Below, one piece after another: positions 29,540 through 38,353 of a stretch of 64,000 nucleotides of DNA. Positions within the stretch are counted from its first letter, which is position 1. Each line of letters begins with the position of its first letter. Origin of the DNA: Hyphomicrobium sp. (lineage in GTDB: Bacteria > Pseudomonadota > Alphaproteobacteria > Rhizobiales > Hyphomicrobiaceae); contig DAITBB010000008.1 in the NCBI GenBank assembly GCA_036823975.1, positions 1,084-65,083 on the forward strand, written 5' to 3'. The notes under the pieces were generated by a model. It saw nothing but the letters and a program-made list of their open reading frames with translations. It did not search any database and was not told the DNA's origin. The position numbers and the translations under genes were made by a program.

Positions 29540-30177
29540 GATGTCACTCCGTTCTGTCTCGGGTGTTGGGGCCGTGCGGCCTTTTCTATCCGATTCCGGT
29601 CCGGCACAAATTCGGCCGCGGCTTCGTCGAGCCAATGAGAGAAGCTCTCCGCATAGCTGCGGAACATCGCAGCCTCGTAAGTGGGGGCGTCGTCGAGCAT
29701 CCAGAACAGAATGCCGATGTGGCTCGCATGCGTAATGGCGACGTCGCCCGGGCGAAAAGTGCGCGGATGCAGGTCGATCGGAAGCCCTTTTGCGAGCACG
29801 TCGCGCGCGCGGGGCCCCGAGATGCGCACGACGGCGCGTCCGTCCGATTGGTCGACCACGGAGGCGAGGCCGGCGAGAGCTTTCTTGAGCTCGCGCTCGA
29901 GGTCACGGCCATCTGCTCGCTCTGCCATAGCCAGCCACTGATTGGGCCCGGCCCACGCCAATGCGATGCTCTCGCCTTCCACGCGGCGGCCAGGCTCTAT
30001 CGGAAGCTCAACGCCGTAGGCGCTGTGGAGCGCCGCGCTCAGGGCCGCTCTCTTTCCTGCGCACGGCGCGAAGCTTGCCATGGTCAGGTTTTCGCGCGGC
30101 ACGACCGTGAGCGCGGGATGGGAAACGGGCGTCCAATTGAGGAACGCCGAGGTTTCGACGAGGTCTTGATCAGCCAC
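29536..30177 (-). CDS. soxG: sarcosine oxidase gamma-like / N-methylglutamate dehydrogenase MgdD
   Basis: WAGPNQWL, VVDQSDGR, GPRARDVLAKGLPIDLHP, RSYAES. Confidence 0.87.
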   Translation of the reverse strand: MADQDLVETSAFLNWTPVSHPALTVVPRENLTMASFAPCAGKRAALSAALHSAYGVELPIEPGRRVEGESIALAWAGPNQWLAMAERADGRDLERELKKALAGLASVVDQSDGRAVVRISGPRARDVLAKGLPIDLHPRTFRPGDVAITHASHIGILFWMLDDAPTYEAAMFRSYAESFSHWLDEAAAEFVPDRNRIEKAARPQHPRQNGVTS

Positions 30178-33100
30178 GGACACGTCCTCCTTCCGGGTCT
30201 ACGAACACCGGTGATACGACTTCGACCAGCGTGTCGCCGCCGCGCACCGGGTCCCATGCGCGCACGATCTCTCCGAGACGCTCGGGCCCGCGCCTCAGGA
30301 AACCTAGCCCTATCCAGTGCCCGTTCGAAGGCGAGTAGGCGACGGAGGTCATGTATCCCTCGTCGTGCTCCGGGCTGGGCGTGGCATCGCGGGGCACGAA
30401 GTGGGCGCCCGCTCTCAATCGCTCTGCGCGATCGACCGGGCGAAAGCCGATGAGTCTCGGTCGCTCGGGATCGGCGAGTCCCGGGCGCTTGCCGAGCACG
30501 TTCCCGATAAAGTCCTTTTTCTTCGCCACCATGCCGCCAAGGCCGACGTCTGCCGGCGTCGTTGTGCCGTTGAGCTCGGGGCCGCTGATGTGTCCTTTCT
30601 CGATCCGCATCACGCCGAGTGCCTCCGTGCCGTAGGCGCAGGCGCCGAACTCCTCGCCGGCCTGCATGAGGCGGCGGATCAAGGCATCGCCGTAGCGGGC
30701 GGGCACGCCCAGCTCGTAGGCGCGCTCGCCGGAGAACGAGAGGCGGTAGAGGCGCGCTTTGATGCCGCCCGCGACCGTGATCTCGCCGACGGCGAGATAA
30801 GGAAAGCCTTCGTCGGAAATGTCGAAGGCGGGATCGACCACCTTGCGCAGGAGATCGCGCGATTTGGGGCCGGCTATGGCATACTGCGCCCATTGCTCGG
30901 TGGCAGAGACGATCTCGACGTCGAGCTCCGGCCACAGCCACTGCGCGCAATAGTCCATGTGCTGCACGACCTTGACGGCGTTGGCCGTCGTCGTGGTGAT
31001 GAAGTAGTGGGTCTCTCCGAAGCGTGCGACGGTGCCGTCGTCCATCAGGATGCCGTCCTCGCGCAGCATGCCGCCATAGCGCGCCTTGCCGACGGGGAGG
31101 GTCTTGAGGCCGTTCATGTAGATCCGATCGAGGAAGGTCCCGGCATCGGCGCCCTGAACATCGACCTTCCCGAGCGTCGACACATCGCAGATGCCGACGG
31201 CGTTGCGCACGGTCGTGACCTCGCGCTTGATCGTGTCCATTAAGTCCGTCTCGCTGAGGCGAGGGAAGCAGCTCGGCCTCAGCCAAAGCCCCGTCTCGAC
31301 AAACACGCACCCGTTCTCCTTCGCCCAGTGATAGGAGGGGGGCAGGCGCGTGGGCTTGAAGCTCTTGCCGCGATGGTGCCCGGCGAGGGCGCCGACGGCG
31401 ACCGGCGTGTAGGGAGGACGCGCGAGCGTGATGCCGGTCTTGGGGATCGTGCGGCCCGTCAGCTCGGCCATGATGGCGAGGGCATTGACGTTGGCCGTGC
31501 GTCCCTGGTCCGTCGCCATGCCGAGCGTCGTATACCGCTTGAGGTGCTCGACGGCCCGGAACCCCTCGCGCTCGGCGAGTGCGATGTCGGATGCGGTCAC
31601 GTCGTTCTGCTGGTCCACGAAGGCCTTGCCTTGCGGGCTCGCGACATGCCAGAGCGCGCTTATCGCGCAGCTCTCGGCGGCCGCGCTGGGGACGGGCGTC
31701 TCGGCAGGTTCGAAACCACACTGGCGGGCCGCCTCGGCGCCTGCGGCTGCGCCGCTCGCCAGGGACTCGGCCAACGAGAATTGTCCCGCCACAACGCCGG
31801 CCAGCGACATGCCCGGCGGCAGCGCGCCCGGCAGAAACGCCAACAGCTCGTCGTTCCACGCCGGCTTGCCGCCGAGGTGCGTCGAGAGCTGGACGTTCGG
31901 GTTCCAGCCGCCTGACACAGCGATGAGATCGCACTCGAGCCGGACCTCGTCGCCGCTTTGCGTACGCACGACTGCGCCCGTGACGCACCTGCGGCCGAGC
32001 GCGCCGGTCACCGTGCCGCCACTGATCACGCGGGTTGCGGAGCTTGCGGCGATCCGCTTCACCTCGTCGGAAAGTCCGGTGCGGCCGTCGACCAGCGCGA
32101 CGACATCGGCCCCGGCGTGCCGGAGCGCCGAGACCGTCGAGGCGCCGTAATCGTTGTTCGTGAACACGATCGCGCGCCGCCCCGGAACCACGCCGAAGCG
32201 GTTGATGTAGCTGCGGACGGCGCCCGCCAGCATAACGCCCGGCCGGTCGTTGCTGCCGAACACGATCGGGCGCTCCGTCGCGCCGGCCGCCAGAACTACA
32301 CGCTTGGCAACGAGGCGCCAGAGCCGTTGGCGGGGCGCGCCGGGGCGGGACGACGGAAGGTGGTCGGTCACGCGCTCGACGGCGCCGTACGTGCTTCCGT
32401 CATAGGCGCCGAATGCCGTCGTGCGGCGGAGGATGCGCACGTGCTCGTAGGCGGCAAGCTCCGCCTCCACCGCTTCGACCCAGGCGCGCGCGGGCATTCC
32501 GTCGATCTCGGAGGCGTCGTCGACGGCCCGGCCGCCGAGCGTCGCGTTTTCGTCGGCCAGCAGGACGCGTGCGTTCGCTCGTGCCGCCGCGCGCGCGGCC
32601 GCCAGCCCGGCCGGACCGCCGCCGATGACGAGCACGTCGGCGAATGCCGTCGCCTTTTCGTAGCTGTCGGGATCGGCGTCATCGGCCGCGCGCCCCAGGC
32701 CGGCGGCGCGCCGGATCAGGGGCTCGTAGATCCTCTCCCAGAAGGCGGCCGGCCACATGAACGTCTTGTAGTAGAAGCCGGCGACGAAGACGGGAGAGAG
32801 AAGCGAGTTGACCGACATCACGTCGAAGGCGAGCGAGGGCCAGCGGTTCTGGCTGGTCGCCGCGAGCCCTTCGAAAAGCTCGGCCATCGTTGCTTTGGTG
32901 TTGGGCTCGCGGTGGGCTCCGGTGCGAAGCTCGACGAGGGCGTTCGGTTCCTCGGAGCCGGCGGACAGGATGCCGCGCGGGCGGTGATACTTGAAGGACC
33001 TGCCCGTCAGCACGACGCCGTTGGCCAGGAGTGCCGACGCGAGCGTGTCGCCCGGATGCCCGTGGTACGCCTTGCCGTCGAACGTGAAGCGGAGCGTGCG

Positions 33101-33178
33101 GCTGCGGGCGATCAGCCCGCCGGAAGACAGCCGGTTCGGTTGGGCGGCACGTGCGGCATGATTATCGGAGGTCGTCAC
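30170..33178 (-). CDS. soxA: sarcosine oxidase alpha-like / N-methylglutamate dehydrogenase MgdC
   Basis: GDTLASALLANG..GRSFKYHRPRG, GGGPAGL, EHLKRYTTLGMATDQG, GcvT-like C-terminus. Confidence 0.92.
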   Translation of the reverse strand: MTTSDNHAARAAQPNRLSSGGLIARSRTLRFTFDGKAYHGHPGDTLASALLANGVVLTGRSFKYHRPRGILSAGSEEPNALVELRTGAHREPNTKATMAELFEGLAATSQNRWPSLAFDVMSVNSLLSPVFVAGFYYKTFMWPAAFWERIYEPLIRRAAGLGRAADDADPDSYEKATAFADVLVIGGGPAGLAAARAAARANARVLLADENATLGGRAVDDASEIDGMPARAWVEAVEAELAAYEHVRILRRTTAFGAYDGSTYGAVERVTDHLPSSRPGAPRQRLWRLVAKRVVLAAGATERPIVFGSNDRPGVMLAGAVRSYINRFGVVPGRRAIVFTNNDYGASTVSALRHAGADVVALVDGRTGLSDEVKRIAASSATRVISGGTVTGALGRRCVTGAVVRTQSGDEVRLECDLIAVSGGWNPNVQLSTHLGGKPAWNDELLAFLPGALPPGMSLAGVVAGQFSLAESLASGAAAGAEAARQCGFEPAETPVPSAAAESCAISALWHVASPQGKAFVDQQNDVTASDIALAEREGFRAVEHLKRYTTLGMATDQGRTANVNALAIMAELTGRTIPKTGITLARPPYTPVAVGALAGHHRGKSFKPTRLPPSYHWAKENGCVFVETGLWLRPSCFPRLSETDLMDTIKREVTTVRNAVGICDVSTLGKVDVQGADAGTFLDRIYMNGLKTLPVGKARYGGMLREDGILMDDGTVARFGETHYFITTTTANAVKVVQHMDYCAQWLWPELDVEIVSATEQWAQYAIAGPKSRDLLRKVVDPAFDISDEGFPYLAVGEITVAGGIKARLYRLSFSGERAYELGVPARYGDALIRRLMQAGEEFGACAYGTEALGVMRIEKGHISGPELNGTTTPADVGLGGMVAKKKDFIGNVLGKRPGLADPERPRLIGFRPVDRAERLRAGAHFVPRDATPSPEHDEGYMTSVAYSPSNGHWIGLGFLRRGPERLGEIVRAWDPVRGGDTLVEVVSPVFVDPEGGRVRG

Positions 33179-33474
33179 GAGGCGTCGCCTTCCCGCTGGG
33201 ATTTGGATTTCAACGCGACGTCGCGCGCCAGCTCGACATCTGAAATGACATGGGAGGACGTGTTGCGCGTCACGACGAGCCAGGCGTGGCAACCGGCCGC
33301 GTGGTACCAGAGCTCCCGATGCGGCCCTGAAGGATTGGTGCGCACGTAGACGGACTCGACGTAGGCATCCATTGCATCGGGGCGTGCATGACTTGGGCGA
33401 TGGACGGTGGCATCGCCCGCGTAGAGGAACTCGTCGAGGCTGCGCTCACCGCAGTAAGGGCATGCGAGTCTCAT
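33175..33474 (-). CDS. soxD: sarcosine oxidase delta-like / MgdB
   Basis: CPYCGER...EF...NPSG.HRELWYHAAGC..WL...RNT zinc motif. Confidence 0.9.
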   Translation of the reverse strand: MRLACPYCGERSLDEFLYAGDATVHRPSHARPDAMDAYVESVYVRTNPSGPHRELWYHAAGCHAWLVVTRNTSSHVISDVELARDVALKSKSQREGDAS

Positions 33475-33502
33475 CGCCAGAGCCTTTCCATTTTCTTCAG
33501 CG

Positions 33503-34762
33503 TCAGTGCAGGTTGGGGTGAGGCCCCATCCCTTTTTCGTCGACGGCGTGTCCGGTCGAGAAACGGTTCAGGCGATAGGCCCGTGCGACGGGATGAGGTT
33601 CGTCCCGCGCGATCAGATGGGCGAACGTCACGCCAGATGCGGGCGTTGCCTTGAAGCCGCCGTAGCACCAGCCTGCATTGAGGTAGAGCCCTGAGAGCGG
33701 CGTTCGGTCGATGATGGGGCTGCCGTCCATCGACATGTCCATGATCCCGCCCCAGTGGCGCAGAAGACGGACGCGCCCGATGCGCGGCATCAGCGCCATC
33801 GCCCCTTCGCAGACATCCTCGACCACGGGAAGGTTTCCGCGCTGCGCATAGCTGTTGTAGCCGTCGAGGTCGCCGCCGAAGACGAGCCCGCCTTTGTCCG
33901 ACTGGCTGACGTAGAAATGGCCGGCTCCGAAGGTGACGACGCCGTCGACGAAGGGCTTGATAGCCTCCGTTACGAAGGCCTGCAGGACGTGGCTCTCGAT
34001 CGGGAGCCTGAGGCCGACCATGGCGGCGACACGGGAGGAGCTGCCTGCGACGGCGAGCCCGATCTTGTCCGCGCCGATGAAGCCACGCGAGGTCTCGACG
34101 CCGACCACCCGGTCGCCGATGCGTCGGAAGCCCTGCACCTCGCAGTTCTGAATGATGTCGACGCCGAGGCTCGAGGCGGCGCGCGCATAGCCCCAGGCGA
34201 CCGCGTCGTGACGCACCGTGCCGCCGCGGCGCTGCAGGAGGCCGCCGTGAATCGGAAAGCGTGCGTTCTCGAAATCGAGAAACGGCACCATGCGGCGCAC
34301 GGCGGCACGATCCAGCAGCTCGGCATCGACGCCGTGCAGGCGCATGGCGTTGCCGCGTCTTGCAAATGCGTCGCGCTGGCCGTCCGAATGGTAGAGGTTC
34401 AGCACGCCGCGCTGGCTCACCATCGCGTTGTAATTCAGCTCTTGTTCCAGCCCTTCCCACAGCTTCATCGAAAGCTCGTAGAACGGGATGTTGCCGGGAA
34501 GCAGATAGTTGGAGCGGACGATCGTGGTATTGCGTCCGACGTTTCCGCCGCCGATCCAGCCCTTCTCGATGACGGCGATGCGCAGGGGGCCGTAGCTCTT
34601 GGCGAGATAGTAGGCCGTGGCGAGGCCGTGTCCGCCGCCGCCGACGATGACGACGTCGTAACGAGCTTCGGGGTCGGCGTCGCGCCACGCCGGACCCCAG
34701 CCGGTATGTCCGCGGAGCGCCTCGCGGAGGACGGAGAAAATCGAATAGTGAGCGCGGGACAT
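33503..34762 (-). CDS. soxB: sarcosine oxidase beta-like / N-methylglutamate dehydrogenase MgdA
   Basis: GGGGHGLATAYYLAK, GGNVGRNTTIVRSNY, RHDAVAWGYA, WCYGGFKATPASG, C-terminal PHPNLH. Confidence 0.92.
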   Translation of the reverse strand: MSRAHYSIFSVLREALRGHTGWGPAWRDADPEARYDVVIVGGGGHGLATAYYLAKSYGPLRIAVIEKGWIGGGNVGRNTTIVRSNYLLPGNIPFYELSMKLWEGLEQELNYNAMVSQRGVLNLYHSDGQRDAFARRGNAMRLHGVDAELLDRAAVRRMVPFLDFENARFPIHGGLLQRRGGTVRHDAVAWGYARAASSLGVDIIQNCEVQGFRRIGDRVVGVETSRGFIGADKIGLAVAGSSSRVAAMVGLRLPIESHVLQAFVTEAIKPFVDGVVTFGAGHFYVSQSDKGGLVFGGDLDGYNSYAQRGNLPVVEDVCEGAMALMPRIGRVRLLRHWGGIMDMSMDGSPIIDRTPLSGLYLNAGWCYGGFKATPASGVTFAHLIARDEPHPVARAYRLNRFSTGHAVDEKGMGPHPNLH

Positions 34763-34824
34763 CGGCTGGCTCGTCGTTCCGGTTTGGGAGCTCAATCGTT
34801 AAGAGCGAAAGCCGTTGTGAGCCA

Positions 34825-34841
34825 TATAAGCGTTACTTATA
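34825..34841. promoter_or_regulatory. LysR-type T-N11-A palindromic operator
   Basis: TATAAG-CGTTA-CTTATA perfect inverted repeat between the divergent soxB and lysR genes. Confidence 0.7.
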
Positions 34842-34849
34842 CTAGGGCC

Positions 34850-35782
34850 ATGCGCGACCTTCCCTCCACGCTGCCGTTCGACCTCAGATCGCTCGATATC
34901 TTCCTTGCCGTCTGCGAGGGTGGGGCGATGTCTTCGGCAGCCCGCGCGCTCGGGTTGACGCAGCCCGCGGTGTCTCTTGCCGTCGGCGAGTTGGAGCGCA
35001 AGCTCGGATTCGATCTGTTCGATCGTACCGTGCGGCCTCTCGCCGTGACCGTTGCCGGGGCGCTCCTCAGGCAGCGCGCCAGCGCGTTGCTTGCGGAAGC
35101 GCGGCAGATTGGCCCGCTGCTCAGCGAAACGCGGCATGGGAAGCTTCCGCTGATCCGCGTGGGATTGGTCGATTCGCTGGCGCGAACGTTGAGCGTGCCG
35201 CTGGCCTCGTATCTTTCCGCGAAAGCAGATGAGGTGGCGATCCTCTCGGGCCTGACGGCGTCCCATGCAAGCGACTTGCTGACGCGTCGCCTCGACGTGT
35301 TCCTGGGAGTCGACGACCTCGAGAGTTGGGCCGGGCTCGAGCGTTGGCCGCTCGTCAAGGAGCCCTACGTTCTTCTTTTGGCCGCGGGGAAGAAGCCGCC
35401 CCGCACACTCGCGGCCCTGAGAACGCTCGCCGCCTCCGTGCCTCTTATCCGGTTCAGCGCCCGCTCGCAGACGGGCCTCGAGATCGAGGCCCATCTTCGC
35501 CGGCTGGGGCTCGACGTTCCACATGCATTCGAATTCGATGGGCCGAGCGCGGTCGCATCCATGGTGGCCGCGGGTTTGGGATTTGCCATCACGACGCCGC
35601 TTTGCATCCGGGAAGCCGCGCTTCCCCAACGCCAGCTCGTCGTAGCGCCATTGCCGGGGCCGCAAATCTCGAGAAAACTGACTCTTGTCGCCCGCCATCG
35701 CGAGCTGGGGCGGATTCCCCGCGAACTCGGGGAGATGGCGCATCGCATTCTGCGGGACGCGATGGGCTCTTCGGAGGTGTAG
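34850..35782 (+). CDS. LysR-family transcriptional regulator
   Basis: DLRSLDIFLAVCEGGAMSSAARALGLTQPAVS...LE..LG..LFDR; MVAAGLG. Confidence 0.92.
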   Translation: MRDLPSTLPFDLRSLDIFLAVCEGGAMSSAARALGLTQPAVSLAVGELERKLGFDLFDRTVRPLAVTVAGALLRQRASALLAEARQIGPLLSETRHGKLPLIRVGLVDSLARTLSVPLASYLSAKADEVAILSGLTASHASDLLTRRLDVFLGVDDLESWAGLERWPLVKEPYVLLLAAGKKPPRTLAALRTLAASVPLIRFSARSQTGLEIEAHLRRLGLDVPHAFEFDGPSAVASMVAAGLGFAITTPLCIREAALPQRQLVVAPLPGPQISRKLTLVARHRELGRIPRELGEMAHRILRDAMGSSEV

Positions 35783-35981
35783 GGCGCCTCATCCGATGGT
35801 GCGTCTTTCAAGCGAAAGATCGTTGTGGGCAGGCCAACTCCGCCTGCGTCCCGTCCAACGACCGGATCTTCCGTGAAACGATACGGAAGCCTTGATGCGC
35901 ACACCAAGCCTGCCGCCCCCGTTCAGGGGCAGCCACAACGCGATTCATCGTGTGATTTCAATGTGGGAAGGTCGAGGGAAA

Positions 35982-36056
35982 TGGCTCCGCGGGTAGGATT
36001 CGAACCTACGACCGTCCGATTAACAGTCGGATGCTCTACCACTGAGCTACCGCGGA
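35982..36056 (-). tRNA. tRNA-Asn (GTT)
   Basis: TCCGCGGTAGCTCAGTGGTAGAGCATCCGACTGTTAATCGGACGGTCGTAGGTTCGAATCCTACCCGCGGAGCCA folds to a cloverleaf with anticodon GTT and encoded CCA. Confidence 0.97.
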
Positions 36057-36255
36057 ATAGCCGGCACATGCCGGAGAGCCGGGCTCATAGCAGATGGTTG
36101 TGGCGAGGGCCAGAGGGTTCGCGAAAAATCTCGCCCCTCCGGTACGAGGACCGCGGCGGCCGCGCCATATTTGTCCCATCTGCGAGGGGCGGGAGAGCGC
36201 CCGCGCAGGAGGCACCAGTTGCGCGCCGCGCCGTTTTGGCGCGGTGCCCGGGCCC

Positions 36256-37848
36256 TTAATGCGACGAGGCCGTACTGGCGCCGATGCCGGTCTCGGAGCG
36301 CACGAACTGGGCGGCGAACGCGGCCCGCTCCTGCGCCGCCGTTGCGCTCCGGTCGAGCTTCGAGACGAGGTAGATGCCCGCGAAGGCCAGCGTCATCGAG
36401 AACAGCGCCGGACTGTCGTAGGGGAAGAGCGCCGCGCTGAAGCCGAACGTCTTGACCCACACGGCCGGGCTCAGAAGGACCATGCCGATGGCGGAAGCGA
36501 GGCCGAGGAAGCCGCCGACCACAGCGCCGCGGGTCGTGGTGCCGCCCCAGAAGATGCTCATGACGAGGACCGGGAAATTGCAGCTCGCCGCCACCGCGAA
36601 GGCGAGCCCGACCATGAACGCGACGTTCTGGTCCTCGAACACGTAGCCGAGCACGATCGCGACGACGCCGATGACGAGCGCGCTGATCTTCGAGATGCGC
36701 ACCTCCGTCGCCTCCGAGGCGCGCCCCTTGGCGAGCACGCTCGCGTAGAGGTCGTGGCTGATGGCGGAGGCGCCCGCGAGCGTCAGCCCGGCGACCACGG
36801 CCAGGATGGTGGCGAAGGCCACCGCCGAGATGAAGCCCAGGAACAGCGAGCCACCGACGGCCTTCGAGAGATGGACGGCCGCCATGTTGGTGCCGCCGAT
36901 CATGCCGCTGATCTTGTCGTACACCCCGCCTTCGCCGGCTTTGAAGTAGGAAGCATCCCCCATGAGGTAGGTGATGGCGCCGAAGCCGATGATGAAGGTG
37001 AGAATATAGAAATAGCCGATCAGCCCCGTGGCGTAGAACACGGATTTACGCGCGGCCTTGGCGTCCTTCACGGTGAAGAAGCGCATCAGGATGTGCGGCA
37101 GGCCGGCCGTGCCGAACATGAGCGCGAGGCCGAGCGAGATGGCCGAGATCGGATCGTGCACGAGCTTGCCCGGTGCCAGGATCGAGGCGCCCTCGGGATG
37201 CGTCTCCGTGGCGGCGCGGAACATCGCCTCGAATGAGAAATCGTAGTTGAGCAGCACCATGAACGCGAGGAACGTGGCGCCGCCGAGCAGCAGGCAGGCC
37301 TTGATGATCTGCACCCACGTCGTCGCGACCATGCCGCCGGTCGCCACATACGTCACCATCAGGACGCCGACGATGATCTCCGCGTAGAGGTAGGGCAGGC
37401 CGAACAGAAGCTCGATCAGCTTTCCGGCGCCGACCATCTGGGCGATGAGATAGAGCGACACGACGGCGAGCGTGCCGACGGCGGAGAGCGTGCGGATGGG
37501 CGTCGTCTGCAGGCGGAAAGCGGCGACGTCGGCGAACGTGAAGCGGCCGAGGTTGCGCAGACGCTCGGCGATGAGGAACAGCACGATCGGCCAGCCCACC
37601 AGCCAGCCGACCGAATAGATGAGCCCGTCGAAGCCGGACGCGAACACGAGGCCCGAGATGCCGAGAAAGGAGGCGGCCGACATGAAGTCGCCGGCGATGG
37701 CGAGGCCGTTCTGCCATCCCGTGATGCCGCCGCCGGCGGCGTAGAAGTCCGCGGCGGTCCGGGTGCGGAGCGCGGCCCAACGTGTGATGAGCAGCGTCGT
37801 CGCCACGAACAGCAGGAACATGACGATTGCTTCGACGTTGATCGCCAC
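36256..37848 (-). CDS. actP: cation/acetate symporter ActP (sodium:solute symporter family)
   Basis: [70 protein letters not shown]. Confidence 0.93.
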   Translation of the reverse strand: MAINVEAIVMFLLFVATTLLITRWAALRTRTAADFYAAGGGITGWQNGLAIAGDFMSAASFLGISGLVFASGFDGLIYSVGWLVGWPIVLFLIAERLRNLGRFTFADVAAFRLQTTPIRTLSAVGTLAVVSLYLIAQMVGAGKLIELLFGLPYLYAEIIVGVLMVTYVATGGMVATTWVQIIKACLLLGGATFLAFMVLLNYDFSFEAMFRAATETHPEGASILAPGKLVHDPISAISLGLALMFGTAGLPHILMRFFTVKDAKAARKSVFYATGLIGYFYILTFIIGFGAITYLMGDASYFKAGEGGVYDKISGMIGGTNMAAVHLSKAVGGSLFLGFISAVAFATILAVVAGLTLAGASAISHDLYASVLAKGRASEATEVRISKISALVIGVVAIVLGYVFEDQNVAFMVGLAFAVAASCNFPVLVMSIFWGGTTTRGAVVGGFLGLASAIGMVLLSPAVWVKTFGFSAALFPYDSPALFSMTLAFAGIYLVSKLDRSATAAQERAAFAAQFVRSETGIGASTASSH

Positions 37849-38159
37849 GCGAGCCTCGCCAGGATGCGTTCGGTGGTGGCGTCGAAGTCGGAGTTGGCAC
37901 GGCGCACGTAAAGGCCGGTCAACACGAAGGCGGTCAGGATGACGCCGATCCCGATCGGAATGCCGAGCGTCGTCACGCCGGTGCCGATCGGCAGGGCGAG
38001 AAGCTCGGGAGCGAACGCCACGGTCAGGATGAAGCCGAAGTAGATGACGATCATGATCAGCGTCAGCGTCCACGAGAACCGCGCCCGGCGGCGCTGGAGG
38101 TCGCGGAACTCCGGATCGCGCATGATCCTCTCGATCAGCGCCGTATCGGCTGGTGACAT
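37845..38159 (-). CDS. DUF485 (YjcH-like) small membrane protein; expected stop absent, ORF runs on to 37416
   Basis: [16 protein letters not shown]...[12 protein letters not shown]...TLGIPIG...[10 protein letters not shown], directly upstream of actP. Confidence 0.8.
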
Positions 38160-38353
38160 TCCTTGTGTTCCCCCGCCCTGGGTCCCCCTGCGGCCGCTCT
38201 TGCCGCCGATCGGGCGGGATGGGCCTTTCCGCCGAGATTATCCGAATCGATGCCGAGGGAAAGACCTTCGTGCGCCGAGGGGGCGAGACATTCGTCGTCC
38301 TAAAGTTTAAACGTCGCTCCCTCGCGCCTCATTCGATCTCGGGATTTCCGCCC

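Larger units (their letters stand above)
8007..36000. mobile_element. tRNA-Asn-integrated genomic island for methylated-amine catabolism, no integrase visible
   Basis: Flanking direct repeats, phased triple repeat at the left end, single functional theme, AT-rich intergenic regions. Confidence 0.65.

Noticed and set aside
33755..34849. 675-aa LysR fusion ORF
   Set aside because: Upstream part is antisense to soxB; the LysR HTH starts at 34850 after its operator
35783..35981. Integrase expected next to tRNA-Asn
   Set aside because: Only ~200 bp between lysR and the tRNA; no tyrosine or serine recombinase motif found anywhere in the island
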